Positions 43,844 to 55,138 are shown, counted from the first letter of the stretch. The stretch: DNA of 64,000 bases from an uncultured Acidobacteriota bacterium (GCA_963796275.1 CAWCKY010000004.1:320001-384000), one strand, 5' to 3'. Program-made: numbers and translations. The notes: generated from the letters alone by a model not told the origin.

Positions 43844-44098
43844 TTACCCGCCTGAGACCGGCGGGAAGATCGCCAGCGTATCCCCATCGTGCAATAATTG
43901 ATCCATTCGGGCGTGCTCTTCGTTGATGGCGATCAGCGCGCTGCGTTCGAATCGTTCGAGTGAAGGGTATCGGTTATTGATTTCGGCCCACGCAGTCGCG
44001 GCATTCGCCGGCTGAGCTAATTCAAACTTAAATTCGCTGATGCCAGCCGCCTCCCGGCAGGCGCCGAAGAGGAGCACGGTGATCTCGATTGTTCTCAT
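43844..44098 (-). CDS. moaD: Molybdopterin synthase sulfur carrier
   Basis: C-terminal FPPVSGG, adjacent to moaE. Confidence 0.95.
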   Translation of the reverse strand: MRTIEITVLLFGACREAAGISEFKFELAQPANAATAWAEINNRYPSLERFERSALIAINEEHARMDQLLHDGDTLAIFPPVSGG

Positions 44099-44246
44099 AC
44101 CATAAAATCCTGAATAATCCTGGCTGAACCAAGCCACATTTGTCAAAGCCCGCCGCTTTCCGTTACAATTTTGGATTCGCATCAACTACATATTTTCATC
44201 AAGCGATTTCCATGTGACTTCGCTTGTCGATTTTTCGGAGTTATTG

Positions 44247-47195
44247 ATGTCTGACCTCCCATCTATCGTGGTTCGCGGCGCAAGGGTCAACAACCTTAAG
44301 AATGTTTCTTTCACTATACCGCTCAATTCGCTTACCGTCGTCACCGGCGTGAGCGGTTCAGGCAAATCGTCACTCGCATTCGACACGATATACGCTGAAG
44401 GGCAGCGCCGCTATGTCGAGTCGCTCTCGGCATATGCGCGACAATTCCTCGAACGTATGGATAAACCGGATGTAGACGAGGTGCTCGGCATCTGTCCGGC
44501 CATCGCCATCAATCAGAAGAACTCCACTCGTAATCCGCGTTCCACGGTCGGCACCCAGACCGAAATTTACGACTACCTGCGCCTCCTCTATGCCCGCGTA
44601 GGCGTCACTATCTGCCGCCGGTGCGGGAACACGGTTAAACATGACACACCACAGTCGATCGCCGACGCAATTCTGGGCGCTGAATCCCAAACGGGGCAAT
44701 CGGGGCAATCGGGGCAATCGGGGCAATCGGGGCAATCGGGGCAATCGGGGCAATCGGGGCAATCGGGTGTACCAGAAGGCACACGATTCTATGTGCTCTT
44801 CCCGGCGGCGGCAGGGACTGAATTCGGCGCGGCTGCCGATGACGCGGCGGAAGCGGGAGCTGCGAAATCGAAGAAGAGTAAGCCAACCAAACCATCGAGC
44901 AATTCAATAAAAGCACATCTGATGAGCCTTATGCAGCGCGGCTTCACGAGGCTGTATGACGCCCGGCGCGATGAGATCATTGAATTGCAGACTCCGGACA
45001 GTTTCACGGGCAGCAGCTTCGAGAATATCTTCGTTCTGGTCGATCGTCTTACGATCCGGGCTGACTCGAGCAACAGGCTGGTCGACTCGCTCGAAACCTG
45101 TTATCGCGAAGGGCACGGTCAGGCGGCGATCCAGACAATTGGCGATAACCCGCAGCAGTTTTCCTTCTCCGAAAAGTTCGAGTGTAAAAACTGCGGCCTG
45201 GCATACATTCAACCCGAGCCGCGCCTTTTCAGTTTCAACAACCCGTTCGGGGCCTGCCCGACGTGCCAGGGTTTCGGGAATACCATCGGTCTCGACCTCG
45301 GTCTGGTCATTCCGGATCACAATCTATCGCTGGCCGATGGAGCGATCGAGCCATTCACTAAACCGCAGTATGATTGGTGGCAGAATGAATTGAAGAAGTT
45401 CGCCCGGCGCGAAGGCATCTCGATGACCAAGCCGTTCGCCGACCTGCCGCCGGAGCACCAGCGCGCCATCATCGAAGGCAGTGACGGCTTCGCGGGCATC
45501 AAAGGCTTATTCGATTGGCTCGAGACCAAAAAATATAAACTGCACATCCGCGTGTTCCTGGCGAAATATCGCGGTTACACCGTCTGCCCCGAATGCGAAA
45601 GCGGCAGGTTGCGCGCCGAAGCGCGGGATGTTTATGTCGGCGGGAAGACATTGCCGGAAGCTTGCCGCCTCTCGATCAAGGAAGCATCAGCCTTCTTTAC
45701 CAATCTGCAACTGACGGATGAGCAAGGGGCGATAGCCGACCGGCTGCTCGCTGAGGTTCGCTCACGATTGAAGTTTCTGCTGGATGTCGGTCTCGATTAC
45801 CTGACGCTCAATCGTCTGGCTTCAACTCTGTCCGGCGGCGAGGCGCAGCGCATCCAACTGGCGACACATCTCGGCTCCTCGCTCGTGGGCGCTTTATATG
45901 TCCTCGATGAACCGAGCATCGGCTTGCATCCGCGCGACAGCGCGCGATTGATCAAGCTTCTTGAGAACCTGCGTGAGATCGGCAACACCGTACTCGTGGT
46001 TGAGCACGAGGGCGAGATGATGCGTGCGGCCGATCACATCCTCGATATCGGTTTAGGCGCCGGCGAGCTGGGCGGAGACGTCGTATACGAAGGGCCTTTC
46101 GATGGATTACTCCGCCACGAGACATCGCTGACGGGCAAATATCTGCGCGGCGAAGCTCAAATCAAAACGCCGAAAGAACACCGGCCCTTCGGTAAAAAAC
46201 AGATTCTGCTGCGCGGCGCCCGGCAGCACAATCTGAAGAACATCGACGTGACGATCCCGCTCAATACACTCGTCTGTATCACGGGCGTCTCCGGCTCCGG
46301 TAAATCGACGGTCGTCCACGATTGTCTCTATTCCGGCCTCAAGCACCAGCGCGGCGACTGGCAGGGGCCGGTGGGAGAATTCTCGAGTCTGGAGGGCGGT
46401 AAACAGCTCGATGATGTCATTCTCGTCGACCAATCGCCTATCGGACGCACGCCGCGTTCGAATCCAGTCACGTACATCAAAGTCTACGATGCTATACGCG
46501 AGGCGTTTGCCTCGACTCGCGAAGCGCAGGCGCGCGGTTATAACGCCAGCCATTTCTCCTTCAATGTGCCCGGCGGCCGCTGCGACACCTGCGAAGGCGA
46601 CGGGACCGTAACTGTCGAGATGCAGTTTCTGGCTGATGTCGAGCTGGTCTGCGAAGAATGCAAAGGGACGCGATTTAAATCCGCAACGCTCGACATCAAA
46701 TATCGCGGCAAAAACATTCACGAAGTGCTCAATATGACGGTGCGCGAAGCGATATCGTTCTTTGCGCACTCGCAACGCATCGCGGGAAAATTGAAAGTCC
46801 TCGATGATGTAGGCCTTGGTTATTTGCGACTGGGGCAGTCGGCGACGACCCTATCGGGCGGCGAGGCGCAGCGGGTCAAACTCGCTTCCTATCTCACAAA
46901 AAAGACCGGAGATCATACCCTCTATATCTTTGACGAGCCCACCACCGGATTGCATTTCGATGATATCAACAAACTTCTCACTTCTTTCCGGCGCCTGCTC
47001 GATGCCGGGGCTTCTTTGATCGTGATCGAGCATAACCTGGACGTGATCAAGACCGCTGATTGGATAATCGACCTGGGACCTGAGGGCGGAGATGAGGGCG
47101 GCCGGATCATAGCGACCGGCACCCCTGAAGTGATCGTGGGAGTCGAGGCATCGCATACAGGAAAATATTTGAAGTCGCATCTTGCCAGCGGTTAA
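44247..47195 (+). CDS. uvrA: Excinuclease ABC subunit A
   Basis: Two GVSGSGKS Walker A motifs, LSGGEAQR twice, zinc fingers. Confidence 0.97.
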   Translation: MSDLPSIVVRGARVNNLKNVSFTIPLNSLTVVTGVSGSGKSSLAFDTIYAEGQRRYVESLSAYARQFLERMDKPDVDEVLGICPAIAINQKNSTRNPRSTVGTQTEIYDYLRLLYARVGVTICRRCGNTVKHDTPQSIADAILGAESQTGQSGQSGQSGQSGQSGQSGQSGQSGVPEGTRFYVLFPAAAGTEFGAAADDAAEAGAAKSKKSKPTKPSSNSIKAHLMSLMQRGFTRLYDARRDEIIELQTPDSFTGSSFENIFVLVDRLTIRADSSNRLVDSLETCYREGHGQAAIQTIGDNPQQFSFSEKFECKNCGLAYIQPEPRLFSFNNPFGACPTCQGFGNTIGLDLGLVIPDHNLSLADGAIEPFTKPQYDWWQNELKKFARREGISMTKPFADLPPEHQRAIIEGSDGFAGIKGLFDWLETKKYKLHIRVFLAKYRGYTVCPECESGRLRAEARDVYVGGKTLPEACRLSIKEASAFFTNLQLTDEQGAIADRLLAEVRSRLKFLLDVGLDYLTLNRLASTLSGGEAQRIQLATHLGSSLVGALYVLDEPSIGLHPRDSARLIKLLENLREIGNTVLVVEHEGEMMRAADHILDIGLGAGELGGDVVYEGPFDGLLRHETSLTGKYLRGEAQIKTPKEHRPFGKKQILLRGARQHNLKNIDVTIPLNTLVCITGVSGSGKSTVVHDCLYSGLKHQRGDWQGPVGEFSSLEGGKQLDDVILVDQSPIGRTPRSNPVTYIKVYDAIREAFASTREAQARGYNASHFSFNVPGGRCDTCEGDGTVTVEMQFLADVELVCEECKGTRFKSATLDIKYRGKNIHEVLNMTVREAISFFAHSQRIAGKLKVLDDVGLGYLRLGQSATTLSGGEAQRVKLASYLTKKTGDHTLYIFDEPTTGLHFDDINKLLTSFRRLLDAGASLIVIEHNLDVIKTADWIIDLGPEGGDEGGRIIATGTPEVIVGVEASHTGKYLKSHLASG
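44692..44767 (+). repeat. In-frame 9-bp tandem repeat (cggggcaat)x8 in uvrA
   Basis: Perfect repeat encoding (GQS)8. Confidence 0.97.
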
Positions 47196-47243
47196 CGGTG
47201 GCATAAGCGGTGAGGGATTTTACTCTGAACTTCCGATCATATT

Positions 47244-47346
47244 CAGAGACACGGAGGCACAGAGCGAGAGTACGAAGAAAGGAAAGACCCCTGTCGTCTC
47301 GCATTCTTCGACCAACTCCTCTCTGCTCTGCGCCTCCGTGTCTCTG
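47244..47346. repeat. Palindromic element with 21-bp arms
   Basis: cagagacacggaggcacagag ... ctctgcgcctccgtgtctctg (1 mismatch), followed by a heptamer run at 47357-47400. Confidence 0.9.
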
Positions 47347-47420
47347 TGGAGAACGTGATTTCAAATTTGAGATTTGAAAATCGAGATTTCAGATTTGAAT
47401 CACGGCCCAAGGGTGCGCGC

Positions 47421-48542
47421 TCAATAGAGCGCGAAGTTGAACTCCAGGACGGTACGCACGCTCACCGGCTTCCCATACCGCAAGGCTGGCTGGAAGCGGA
47501 TATTCTTGGCCGCTTCGATCGCATTTTCCGTCAATCCGTAGGGCAATCCCTTGATGGTACGAATGTCGTGAAGGAGCCCGTCCGCGCCGAAAACGACGCT
47601 CAAGACGACAGTTCCCTGCAATAGATTCCGGCGCGCCTCTTCGGTGTATCTGGCCCTCTCTTTATATAAAATCGTCGGTTTGCCAATTATCACGACTGAT
47701 CCGCCATCAGGTCCGCCGGGAGGTCCGCCACCTAACTCCATCGGCCCATCGCCGATATTGCCCCGTTTTCCAGAACCGTAACCAGGACCGTTGCCGTTTG
47801 CGACGCCGGTTCCACCGTCGGCGCCGCGTGATGGCGCTTCGAGTTGCCCATCTGGAATTCCGATCAACCCGTTGAGGCGACGAGAAATGAGTGAGTCGGC
47901 AAAGACCGTCTCCGGCACGATGAGCAGCGGCGCTGGAGTTTTCGGCTGTGAAATATCAGGGAGGTTTATCTGGGGATTAGATGACGTGATCGGCATTTTA
48001 CCTCTGCTGGCCGGCATTTCGTCATTGGCCCCACCGCCACCACCTGAACGTTTCGGTTGTTTCAGGCTGCCGCCGAGCATCCCGCGTCCAGTTTTTGCCT
48101 CATTGATCGCAGTCTTTTCAGGCTCAAATGAAAGCCTGACAGGACCAACCAGATCATCATCCGGGCGGAGCTTATCGGCTTTCGTTCCCGTCATCGGCGC
48201 TTTCAAAAGGCCTACGAGCATCACAATCAGAACTATCGAAGAGTATGTTATCAACGCCGTCGCTACACCGGCTTGCAGCAGTCTCCGGCGGCGCCGGCTG
48301 CTACCTTCACCGCGCAAAAGGTTGATGATGTATCGCAATGGATTACGCTTCATTTCATGCACTGCATCCGCGATCTCATTTCTCAACCTCGCGAGGAGCG
48401 ATCTATTCTTCATTAAAAACTGTAATTCTCCATGCGCGTGAAGGTGGGCTCTCAGGTCGTATTTGACCAACTCTGTCGCATCTCCGGGACAATATTTGAA
48501 TCCATCAGCAAAGCTCCGAGCACACTTGGGACATATCTTCAT
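47421..48542 (-). CDS. TonB-family protein with N-terminal zinc-ribbon-like motif
   Basis: MKICPKC...YCPGD, TM helix, Gly-rich linker, TonB_C YTEEARR...GTVVL...FQPA. AGGAGG RBS. Confidence 0.88.
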   Translation of the reverse strand: MKICPKCARSFADGFKYCPGDATELVKYDLRAHLHAHGELQFLMKNRSLLARLRNEIADAVHEMKRNPLRYIINLLRGEGSSRRRRRLLQAGVATALITYSSIVLIVMLVGLLKAPMTGTKADKLRPDDDLVGPVRLSFEPEKTAINEAKTGRGMLGGSLKQPKRSGGGGGANDEMPASRGKMPITSSNPQINLPDISQPKTPAPLLIVPETVFADSLISRRLNGLIGIPDGQLEAPSRGADGGTGVANGNGPGYGSGKRGNIGDGPMELGGGPPGGPDGGSVVIIGKPTILYKERARYTEEARRNLLQGTVVLSVVFGADGLLHDIRTIKGLPYGLTENAIEAAKNIRFQPALRYGKPVSVRTVLEFNFALY

Positions 48543-48862
48543 GATCAGCCTCCTGAAATGTTCTCTTGCTCCGCCGGCAGCAGATTGCCGGCAGATTGTT
48601 AATGCCAAAGATTTCGGAGTTGGTGTGTTTTGAACGACAGGTTAATTGCTTCTTGCAATGAGATGTATATATTTTTTGCAGGCGTCCGGCCCGACCCATC
48701 GGCCCGATGGCGAGAGACATTTTTGGCTGTTTCGTTATTTTTATACATTACACATCCCTTATGCGAATTCTCCGTCGCATTTCAAAAGCGAATTGGATTA
48801 TAGTTTCGCTGCAATACAACTAGAATCACGACAAGCAAAACCCTTTACTAACGAGAGCTGCA

Positions 48863-51800
48863 ATGAAAATCGAACGCCTTCTTATGCCATTCTGTTTCTC
48901 TGTCGGGCTCTTCTTACTGCTCGTCTGCGGATTGGGCTTCAACATCGCGAGCATATCCGCGCAGCAATCCTCCGGAAACGTCGGCGGCTTCACGCTCGGC
49001 CAGGTGCTCAGTTCACCTTTCCCATCGGACCTCACCGCTTCGCCTAAAGGCGAACGGGTCGCCTGGGTTTTCAATGCTCAGGGCAAACGCAACATCTGGG
49101 TTGCTGAAGGCCCTCAGTTCAAGGCGCGCCAGTTGACTCAGAAAAACGAAGATGATGGAACCGAAATAAGTTCTCTCGCATTCACGCACGATGGTAAATG
49201 GGTGATCTTCGTACGCGGCGGTGACGAGAATTCCATCGGCGAAATTCCCAACCCCACTAGCGATCCGGATGGCGCAAGACAGGAGATATTCGCCGTATCT
49301 TTCGATGATGGGCGCCTTCTTCACCTGGCAAACGGAAATTCGCCCGTCGCTTCTCCCATCGGCAACCGCATCGTCTTCAATAAGGACGGCCAGCTATGGA
49401 CGGTTGAGCTTGCCGAAGGCTCTGAGCCGCATCCGTTTTTTGCCGCGCGAGGAAGTAACATTTCCCCGGTCTGGTCACCGGACGGCAGCAAACTCGCGTT
49501 CAATAGCTCACGCAGCGATCACGCCTTCATCGGCGTCTATGACATCGAAAAGAACTCCATCAAATATCTTGCGCCCTCGATCGATCGTGATAGCGATCCG
49601 CGCTGGTCTCCCGACGGGAGGCGGATCGCCTTCATTCGCCGCCCCACTCGCGGCTCGCTCCCCCGACAGATATTCAGAGATCTGCCTGATCCTTGGGTAA
49701 TCATGGTAGCCGATCTGAACACCGGCAAAGTGTCGGAGGTCTGGCAAAGCGGAGACAAAGCTGTTGATTCTATGCCGTCGATCGCTGAACAAAACGTCTT
49801 GCACTGGGCTGCTGATGACCGCCTGGTCTTCAGTTCAGAGATGGATGGCTGGCTGCACCTTTATTCGATCCCGGCGCAGGGTGGCAAGCCGGTCTTGCTC
49901 ACTCCCGGTCAATGCGAATACGAGCAGATGACATTTACGACGGATAAGCGTGAGATCGTCTATTCATCGAATTGCGGCGACATCGACCGGCGCCAGTTGA
50001 AACGGGTCGCTATCACCGGCGGGGCAGACGGAGGGCGTTTCATTACTGCGAAAGATCAAATCGCCTGGAGTCCGGTCGTAACCGGCTCTGGCGCGCATCT
50101 GATCTTCCTCAAATCCGATGCACAGATACCGGCGATGCCATATGCCGTCCCGCTGCAATCCACGGGGAATCTCAATAGCGCCCCCTCACCGGTGGCCGCC
50201 GACTTTTTCCCCAAGGACTTCCCCAAACTGGTCTCACCGCAGGGAGCCATCTTCAAGGCCGCGGATGGTATCGAAATTCACGGCCAGCTATTTCTGCCGC
50301 CTAACGCCAAGGCGGGTGAGAAATTGCCCGCGGTGATCTTTATGCACGGCGGTCCGGTCCGCCAGATGTTCTTGGGCTGGCATAACCGCTACTACTACCA
50401 CAACGCTTATGGATTCAACCAATACCTCGCCAGCCGCGGCTACGCCGTACTGTCCGTCAATTTTCGCCTGGGCATCGGGTACGGCCGCGCATTTCGCGCC
50501 GTCAACAACGGCGGCGGGCGCGGCGCTGCCGAGTATCAGGATGTTCTCGCGGCGGCCAACTATCTGCGTTCCCGCAGCGATATCGATCAATCGAAGATCG
50601 GCCTGTGGGGTGGAAGCTATGGCGGGTATCTGACGGCATTGGGGTTGGCGCGCAATTCGGATTTGTTCGCAGCCGGCGTCGATCTGCACGGCGTCCACGA
50701 CTGGGCGGTGCGAATCTCGAACGCCTCGTGGATCGACTATGGCGACCGCGACGCGATCAAGATCGCGCGCGAATCATCGCCCATCAGTTCGATCGAAAAA
50801 TGGCGCTCGCCCGTGCTCCTGGTTCACGGCGACGACGATCGTAACGTCGCATTCTCGCAGACGGTCGAGCTCGCCCGGCGGTTGCGCGAGCAAAAAGTCC
50901 ACTTCGAACAAATAGTCTATCCCGATGAGATCCACGACTTCCTGCTGCATCGCCATTGGCTCGAGATATACCGGGCCGCTGCGAGCTTCTTCGATCGTCA
51001 TTTGAAACAGAAACGGGCCGCGCAACGCGTGTCAAAGGTCGACATCCTGCTGCGCAGCGGCAGCGTGATCGACGGGAGCGGCGCGAACCCGCAGACAGCC
51101 GACGTCGGCATCGCGAACGATCGAATCGTCTTTGTCGGGGACTCTGCGAAAGAGAACTTGCAGGCCGCCCGAATTATCGACGCGAGCGGTTTGATAATCG
51201 CTCCGGGTTTTATCGATCCGCACACTCACGCCTGGGATTACCTCTCGAAACCGGAATATAAGAGCAACGAAAATTTTTTGTTTCAAGGCGTGACCACGGT
51301 TCTGACCGGCAACGACGGGGCAAGCCCTTTCCCAATCGCCGAGACTCTCGCTCTGTGGGAGCGACAGGGCCTTGGCACCAATGCGGCGCTCCTGGTCGGA
51401 CACGGTAAGATACGGCAGATCGTAATGGGTATGAGCGATGCCGAACCGGGATCCGAACAACTCGCAAAGATGAAACTTCTCGTGCGGCAGTCAATGGACG
51501 AGGGCGCGTTCGGACTGTCTACCGGCCTCTATTACGCCCCCGGCAGCTTCGCCAGAACCGAAGAAGTGATCGAACTGGCCAGGACGGTCGCTGAACGCGG
51601 CGGTATATACGACACGCATATGCGGGACGAAAGCTCGTACAGCATCGGTCTGCTCGGCTCGATCACAGAGACCATACGCATCGGACGCGAGGCCGGGATT
51701 CCCGTCCATATATCTCACATCAAAGCGCTCGGAATGGATGTTTGGGGCCAGAGCGCGCAGGCTATCGAGCTGATCAATCGCGCAAGGGCCGAAGGAATCG

Positions 51801-52537
51801 ACGTTACCGCCAATCAGTATCCGTACACCGCATCGGGTACCAGCCTCTCTTCCGCATTGGTGCCTCGCTGGGCGGAAGCTGGCGGTGATGCCGAACTGCG
51901 CAAGCGGATCAACGATCCGAGCGTGAGGCTGCGGCTGGTCTCCGACATGGAAGTTAATCTCAAACGTCGCGGCGGCGCAGAATCTCTCCTGATAACTTCG
52001 GCAAACGATGGACGGCTGGTCGGTAAGCGCCTGAGTGAGATCGCGAAAAAGTCAGACCAGGCTCCGGTCGAAGCGGCGCTCTCATTGATCAAAACCTCGG
52101 GTCGCGTCGGCGTCGCTTCGTTCAACATGAACGAAAATGACATCGAGAATTTTATGCGGCAGCCCTGGGTTATGACCGGGAGCGATGCCTCTGGCGGCCA
52201 TCCGCGTAAATATGGCAGTTATCCGCGCAAAATTCGCGAATATGTGCTTAATCGCAAAGTCATCTCCATGCCTCGAATGGTCGAGGCGAGCAGCCATCAA
52301 GTCGCCCAAATATTCAAATTGCGCGACCGCGGAAAAATCTGCGCGGGTTTTTTCGCGGATGTGATCCTCTTCGATGAAAAGACGGTCGCTGACCGCGCAA
52401 CCTATGAACAGCCGGAGCAGCTGGCGAGCGGAATACGATATGTAATCGTCAATGGGAAGCTGGCGATTGATGATGGGAAATACACAGGGGCTTTGGCTGG
52501 TAGGGCTTTGCGTGGAACGGGAAGCAGAGAATATTAG
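48863..52537 (+). CDS. Fusion of S9 peptidase and N-acyl-D-amino-acid deacylase (amidohydrolase)
   Basis: Propeller plus HGGP/GGSYGG/D/H, then PGFIDPHTH, THMRDE, HISHIK, GSD, HPRKYG. Confidence 0.88.
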   Translation: MKIERLLMPFCFSVGLFLLLVCGLGFNIASISAQQSSGNVGGFTLGQVLSSPFPSDLTASPKGERVAWVFNAQGKRNIWVAEGPQFKARQLTQKNEDDGTEISSLAFTHDGKWVIFVRGGDENSIGEIPNPTSDPDGARQEIFAVSFDDGRLLHLANGNSPVASPIGNRIVFNKDGQLWTVELAEGSEPHPFFAARGSNISPVWSPDGSKLAFNSSRSDHAFIGVYDIEKNSIKYLAPSIDRDSDPRWSPDGRRIAFIRRPTRGSLPRQIFRDLPDPWVIMVADLNTGKVSEVWQSGDKAVDSMPSIAEQNVLHWAADDRLVFSSEMDGWLHLYSIPAQGGKPVLLTPGQCEYEQMTFTTDKREIVYSSNCGDIDRRQLKRVAITGGADGGRFITAKDQIAWSPVVTGSGAHLIFLKSDAQIPAMPYAVPLQSTGNLNSAPSPVAADFFPKDFPKLVSPQGAIFKAADGIEIHGQLFLPPNAKAGEKLPAVIFMHGGPVRQMFLGWHNRYYYHNAYGFNQYLASRGYAVLSVNFRLGIGYGRAFRAVNNGGGRGAAEYQDVLAAANYLRSRSDIDQSKIGLWGGSYGGYLTALGLARNSDLFAAGVDLHGVHDWAVRISNASWIDYGDRDAIKIARESSPISSIEKWRSPVLLVHGDDDRNVAFSQTVELARRLREQKVHFEQIVYPDEIHDFLLHRHWLEIYRAAASFFDRHLKQKRAAQRVSKVDILLRSGSVIDGSGANPQTADVGIANDRIVFVGDSAKENLQAARIIDASGLIIAPGFIDPHTHAWDYLSKPEYKSNENFLFQGVTTVLTGNDGASPFPIAETLALWERQGLGTNAALLVGHGKIRQIVMGMSDAEPGSEQLAKMKLLVRQSMDEGAFGLSTGLYYAPGSFARTEEVIELARTVAERGGIYDTHMRDESSYSIGLLGSITETIRIGREAGIPVHISHIKALGMDVWGQSAQAIELINRARAEGIDVTANQYPYTASGTSLSSALVPRWAEAGGDAELRKRINDPSVRLRLVSDMEVNLKRRGGAESLLITSANDGRLVGKRLSEIAKKSDQAPVEAALSLIKTSGRVGVASFNMNENDIENFMRQPWVMTGSDASGGHPRKYGSYPRKIREYVLNRKVISMPRMVEASSHQVAQIFKLRDRGKICAGFFADVILFDEKTVADRATYEQPEQLASGIRYVIVNGKLAIDDGKYTGALAGRALRGTGSREY

Positions 52538-52676
52538 CAATTTAATAGCTGCAACAATTTCTTTGACAAAGGTTGATCCGGCCCCGAAGGGGCTCCGGAA
52601 TGGCAAACCGCATTTATCTGTCAAGAACCTTCCGCGCCCTACTTAGGTAGAACAGAATCAGAAAAATCATTATGCC

Positions 52677-52943
52677 ATGCATATTCTCGCGGCTGATCAT
52701 TCTCTTTATGACTATACTGATGCCGGCCCCGGCTTCAACGTGAACCTATTGCAAAATGCAGGCACCGGCCTTTTCAAAAGTGAGCATCCTGAGCCGGTGT
52801 CCTTATCCCCTATGCTGATTGTCTGCCCCGTGGCCGATGGCCATCCCAAAGCGCTTAAAGCCGGCGAGAGTGTAAAAGTCCACATTGCCAGGGAGAACTG
52901 TGGGCTGTCGAGCGAAGAATTTCTCAAGAGATATCTGAGGTGA
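52677..52943 (+). CDS. Small hypothetical protein, weakly HicA-like (possibly a remnant)
   Basis: C-terminal PV..GH.KALKAG...IAR...GLSSEEFL resembles HicA tails. Confidence 0.35.
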   Translation: MHILAADHSLYDYTDAGPGFNVNLLQNAGTGLFKSEHPEPVSLSPMLIVCPVADGHPKALKAGESVKVHIARENCGLSSEEFLKRYLR

Positions 52944-55138
52944 CCTCATCGATGGTTAAGAATCCAATGCAAACAGCAGAAACTGTAAAGACGCGAAGAT
53001 GGCCTGGAATAGCACTACGATTTCTAATTATATCTTTGCCTCTTTGCGCATTTGCGTTGAACCCTATTCAAAGCCCGCAATCACCGCAGTACCGTGAATG
53101 GAAGATGTTCGGCGGAGGGCCGGAGAACATTCATTACTCCACGCTCTCACAGATCGATCGCGATAACGTCGGCCAACTGGAGGTGGCATGGACATATGAC
53201 ACCGGCGATGCATTTCCGAATTCCGAGATGCAATGCAACCCTGTGATCATCGACGGTGTGCTCTATGCGACGACTCCGAAGCTGCGCGTCATCGCACTCA
53301 ATGCCGAGAAAGGAGAATTGATCTGGAGCTTCGATCCCAACGAAGGGAAAAGGACGCTCGGTAAAATGCGCAACCGCGGGGTGACCTATTGGGAAGACGG
53401 CGACGATAAGCGCATCTACTTCAGCTTCAGGCAGTGGCTCTATGCGCTCGACGCGAAGACCGGGCAGCCGATCAAGAGTTTTGGCAATGCGGGGCGCATC
53501 AATCTTCAAGAGGGTCTGGATCGCGATTTTCAAGGACTCTCGATCACGCTTTCGACGCCGGGCGTCGTTTATAAAGATATGCTGATTATCGGAAGCCTGG
53601 TGGGCGAGGCATTACCCGCAGCCCCCGGTCACATCCGCGCGATTGACCTGCGGACCGGAAAGATGCGCTGGATATTTCACACCATTCCCCATCCGGGCGA
53701 ATACGGTTATCAGACCTGGCCGAAAGATGCGTGGAAGTATATCGGCGGCGCGAATAATTGGAGTGGGATGGTGGTCGATCAGAAACGCGGTCTGGTCTTT
53801 GCTCCAACCGGTTCCGCGGCATTCGATTTTTACGGGGCCAACAGACCTGGCGATAACCTCTTCGCCAATACTTTGTTGTGTCTAGATGCGAACACAGGTA
53901 AGCGTAAATGGCATTTCCAGGCGGTCAAGCACGACGTCTGGGATCGCGATTTTCCCTCTGCGCCGGCCCTGGTCAGACTGAGGCGCAACGGGCGAGAAAT
54001 CGATGCCGTCGCTCAGATCACAAAATCGGGCCACGTCTTCGTCTTCGAGAGAGAGACCGGCAAGTCTATATTCCCCATCGAATACCGTAAAGTTCCGACC
54101 AATGGCGTTGAAGGCGAGAAGCTCGCAGCCACACAACCGCTGCCCGTCCTTCCCCCACCGTTTGCGCGGCAGAGCTTGACCGAGGATATGCTCACTCGCC
54201 GTACACCTGAGGCGCAAAAAGCGGCGATCGAGCGTTTCCGCAAGATACGTAGCAACGGTCAGTTCGAACCGCCTAGCCTCGAAGGTACGATCATCCTCCC
54301 CGGCTATGACGGAGGCGGTGAATGGGGTGGAGCGGCATTCGACCCCGAGACCGGTTTGTTATATGTGAACTCGAACGAGATGGCGTGGATACTTCGGATC
54401 GTTCCGCAACCCGCAACTAAAGCTCTGCCGAGTGGAAGAAGTTTGTATGAAGCCAATTGTGCAAGCTGCCATAAAAAAAATCTGGGCGGATCGCCTCCAG
54501 AGTTCCCCGCCCTCGCCAATCTGGGTAAGAAGTATGATCCATCGGAGGTAAGGAGCATCATCCGAAGCGGACAGGGGCGCATGCCAGGTTTCGCAGTGCT
54601 AGGACGCGAAGCGATTCAAGCCATCACCGATTACCTGCTGACCGGCGAGGACAACAATACAACGGGCGCGCCATCCAAGCTTTCGCCGATCGTAATGAAA
54701 TACACCTTCGACGGCTATAATAAGTTCCTCGATGCGGAGGGTTATCCTGCGATTGCACCTCCGTGGGGTACGCTCAATGCAATTGACCTCAATCAGGGAA
54801 AGATCGTTTGGAAGATTCCCCTGGGCGAGTATCCGGCACTTGCAGCGAAGGGAATAAAAGATACGGGGAGCGAAAATTATGGGGGCGCGATTGTAACGGC
54901 GAATGGATTGCTCTTTATCGGTGCGACCAATTACGATAAGAGATTCCGAGTATTCGATAAAATGAATGGAAAGTTGTTATGGGAGACTGAACTTCCAGCT
55001 GCTGGCAATGCGACCCCGGCAATTTATGAGGTGAATGGGCGCCAGTTTGTTGTAATAGCGGCCGGGGGCGGCAAAGGCGCGCCGTCGGGAGGAAGTTACG
55101 TGGCATTTGCGCTTAAAGGAAATAGAAACGCTGATTAA
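52940..55138 (+). CDS. PQQ-dependent glucose/quinate-type dehydrogenase with inserted cytochrome c
   Basis: [36 protein letters not shown]. Start may be slightly downstream. Confidence 0.92.
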   Translation: MTSSMVKNPMQTAETVKTRRWPGIALRFLIISLPLCAFALNPIQSPQSPQYREWKMFGGGPENIHYSTLSQIDRDNVGQLEVAWTYDTGDAFPNSEMQCNPVIIDGVLYATTPKLRVIALNAEKGELIWSFDPNEGKRTLGKMRNRGVTYWEDGDDKRIYFSFRQWLYALDAKTGQPIKSFGNAGRINLQEGLDRDFQGLSITLSTPGVVYKDMLIIGSLVGEALPAAPGHIRAIDLRTGKMRWIFHTIPHPGEYGYQTWPKDAWKYIGGANNWSGMVVDQKRGLVFAPTGSAAFDFYGANRPGDNLFANTLLCLDANTGKRKWHFQAVKHDVWDRDFPSAPALVRLRRNGREIDAVAQITKSGHVFVFERETGKSIFPIEYRKVPTNGVEGEKLAATQPLPVLPPPFARQSLTEDMLTRRTPEAQKAAIERFRKIRSNGQFEPPSLEGTIILPGYDGGGEWGGAAFDPETGLLYVNSNEMAWILRIVPQPATKALPSGRSLYEANCASCHKKNLGGSPPEFPALANLGKKYDPSEVRSIIRSGQGRMPGFAVLGREAIQAITDYLLTGEDNNTTGAPSKLSPIVMKYTFDGYNKFLDAEGYPAIAPPWGTLNAIDLNQGKIVWKIPLGEYPALAAKGIKDTGSENYGGAIVTANGLLFIGATNYDKRFRVFDKMNGKLLWETELPAAGNATPAIYEVNGRQFVVIAAGGGKGAPSGGSYVAFALKGNRNAD

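Noticed and set aside
44370-44916. ORFs with (PRL)n, (CPD)n, (IAP)n and (GNR)n repeats
   Set aside because: Alternative frames of the uvrA 9-bp repeat.
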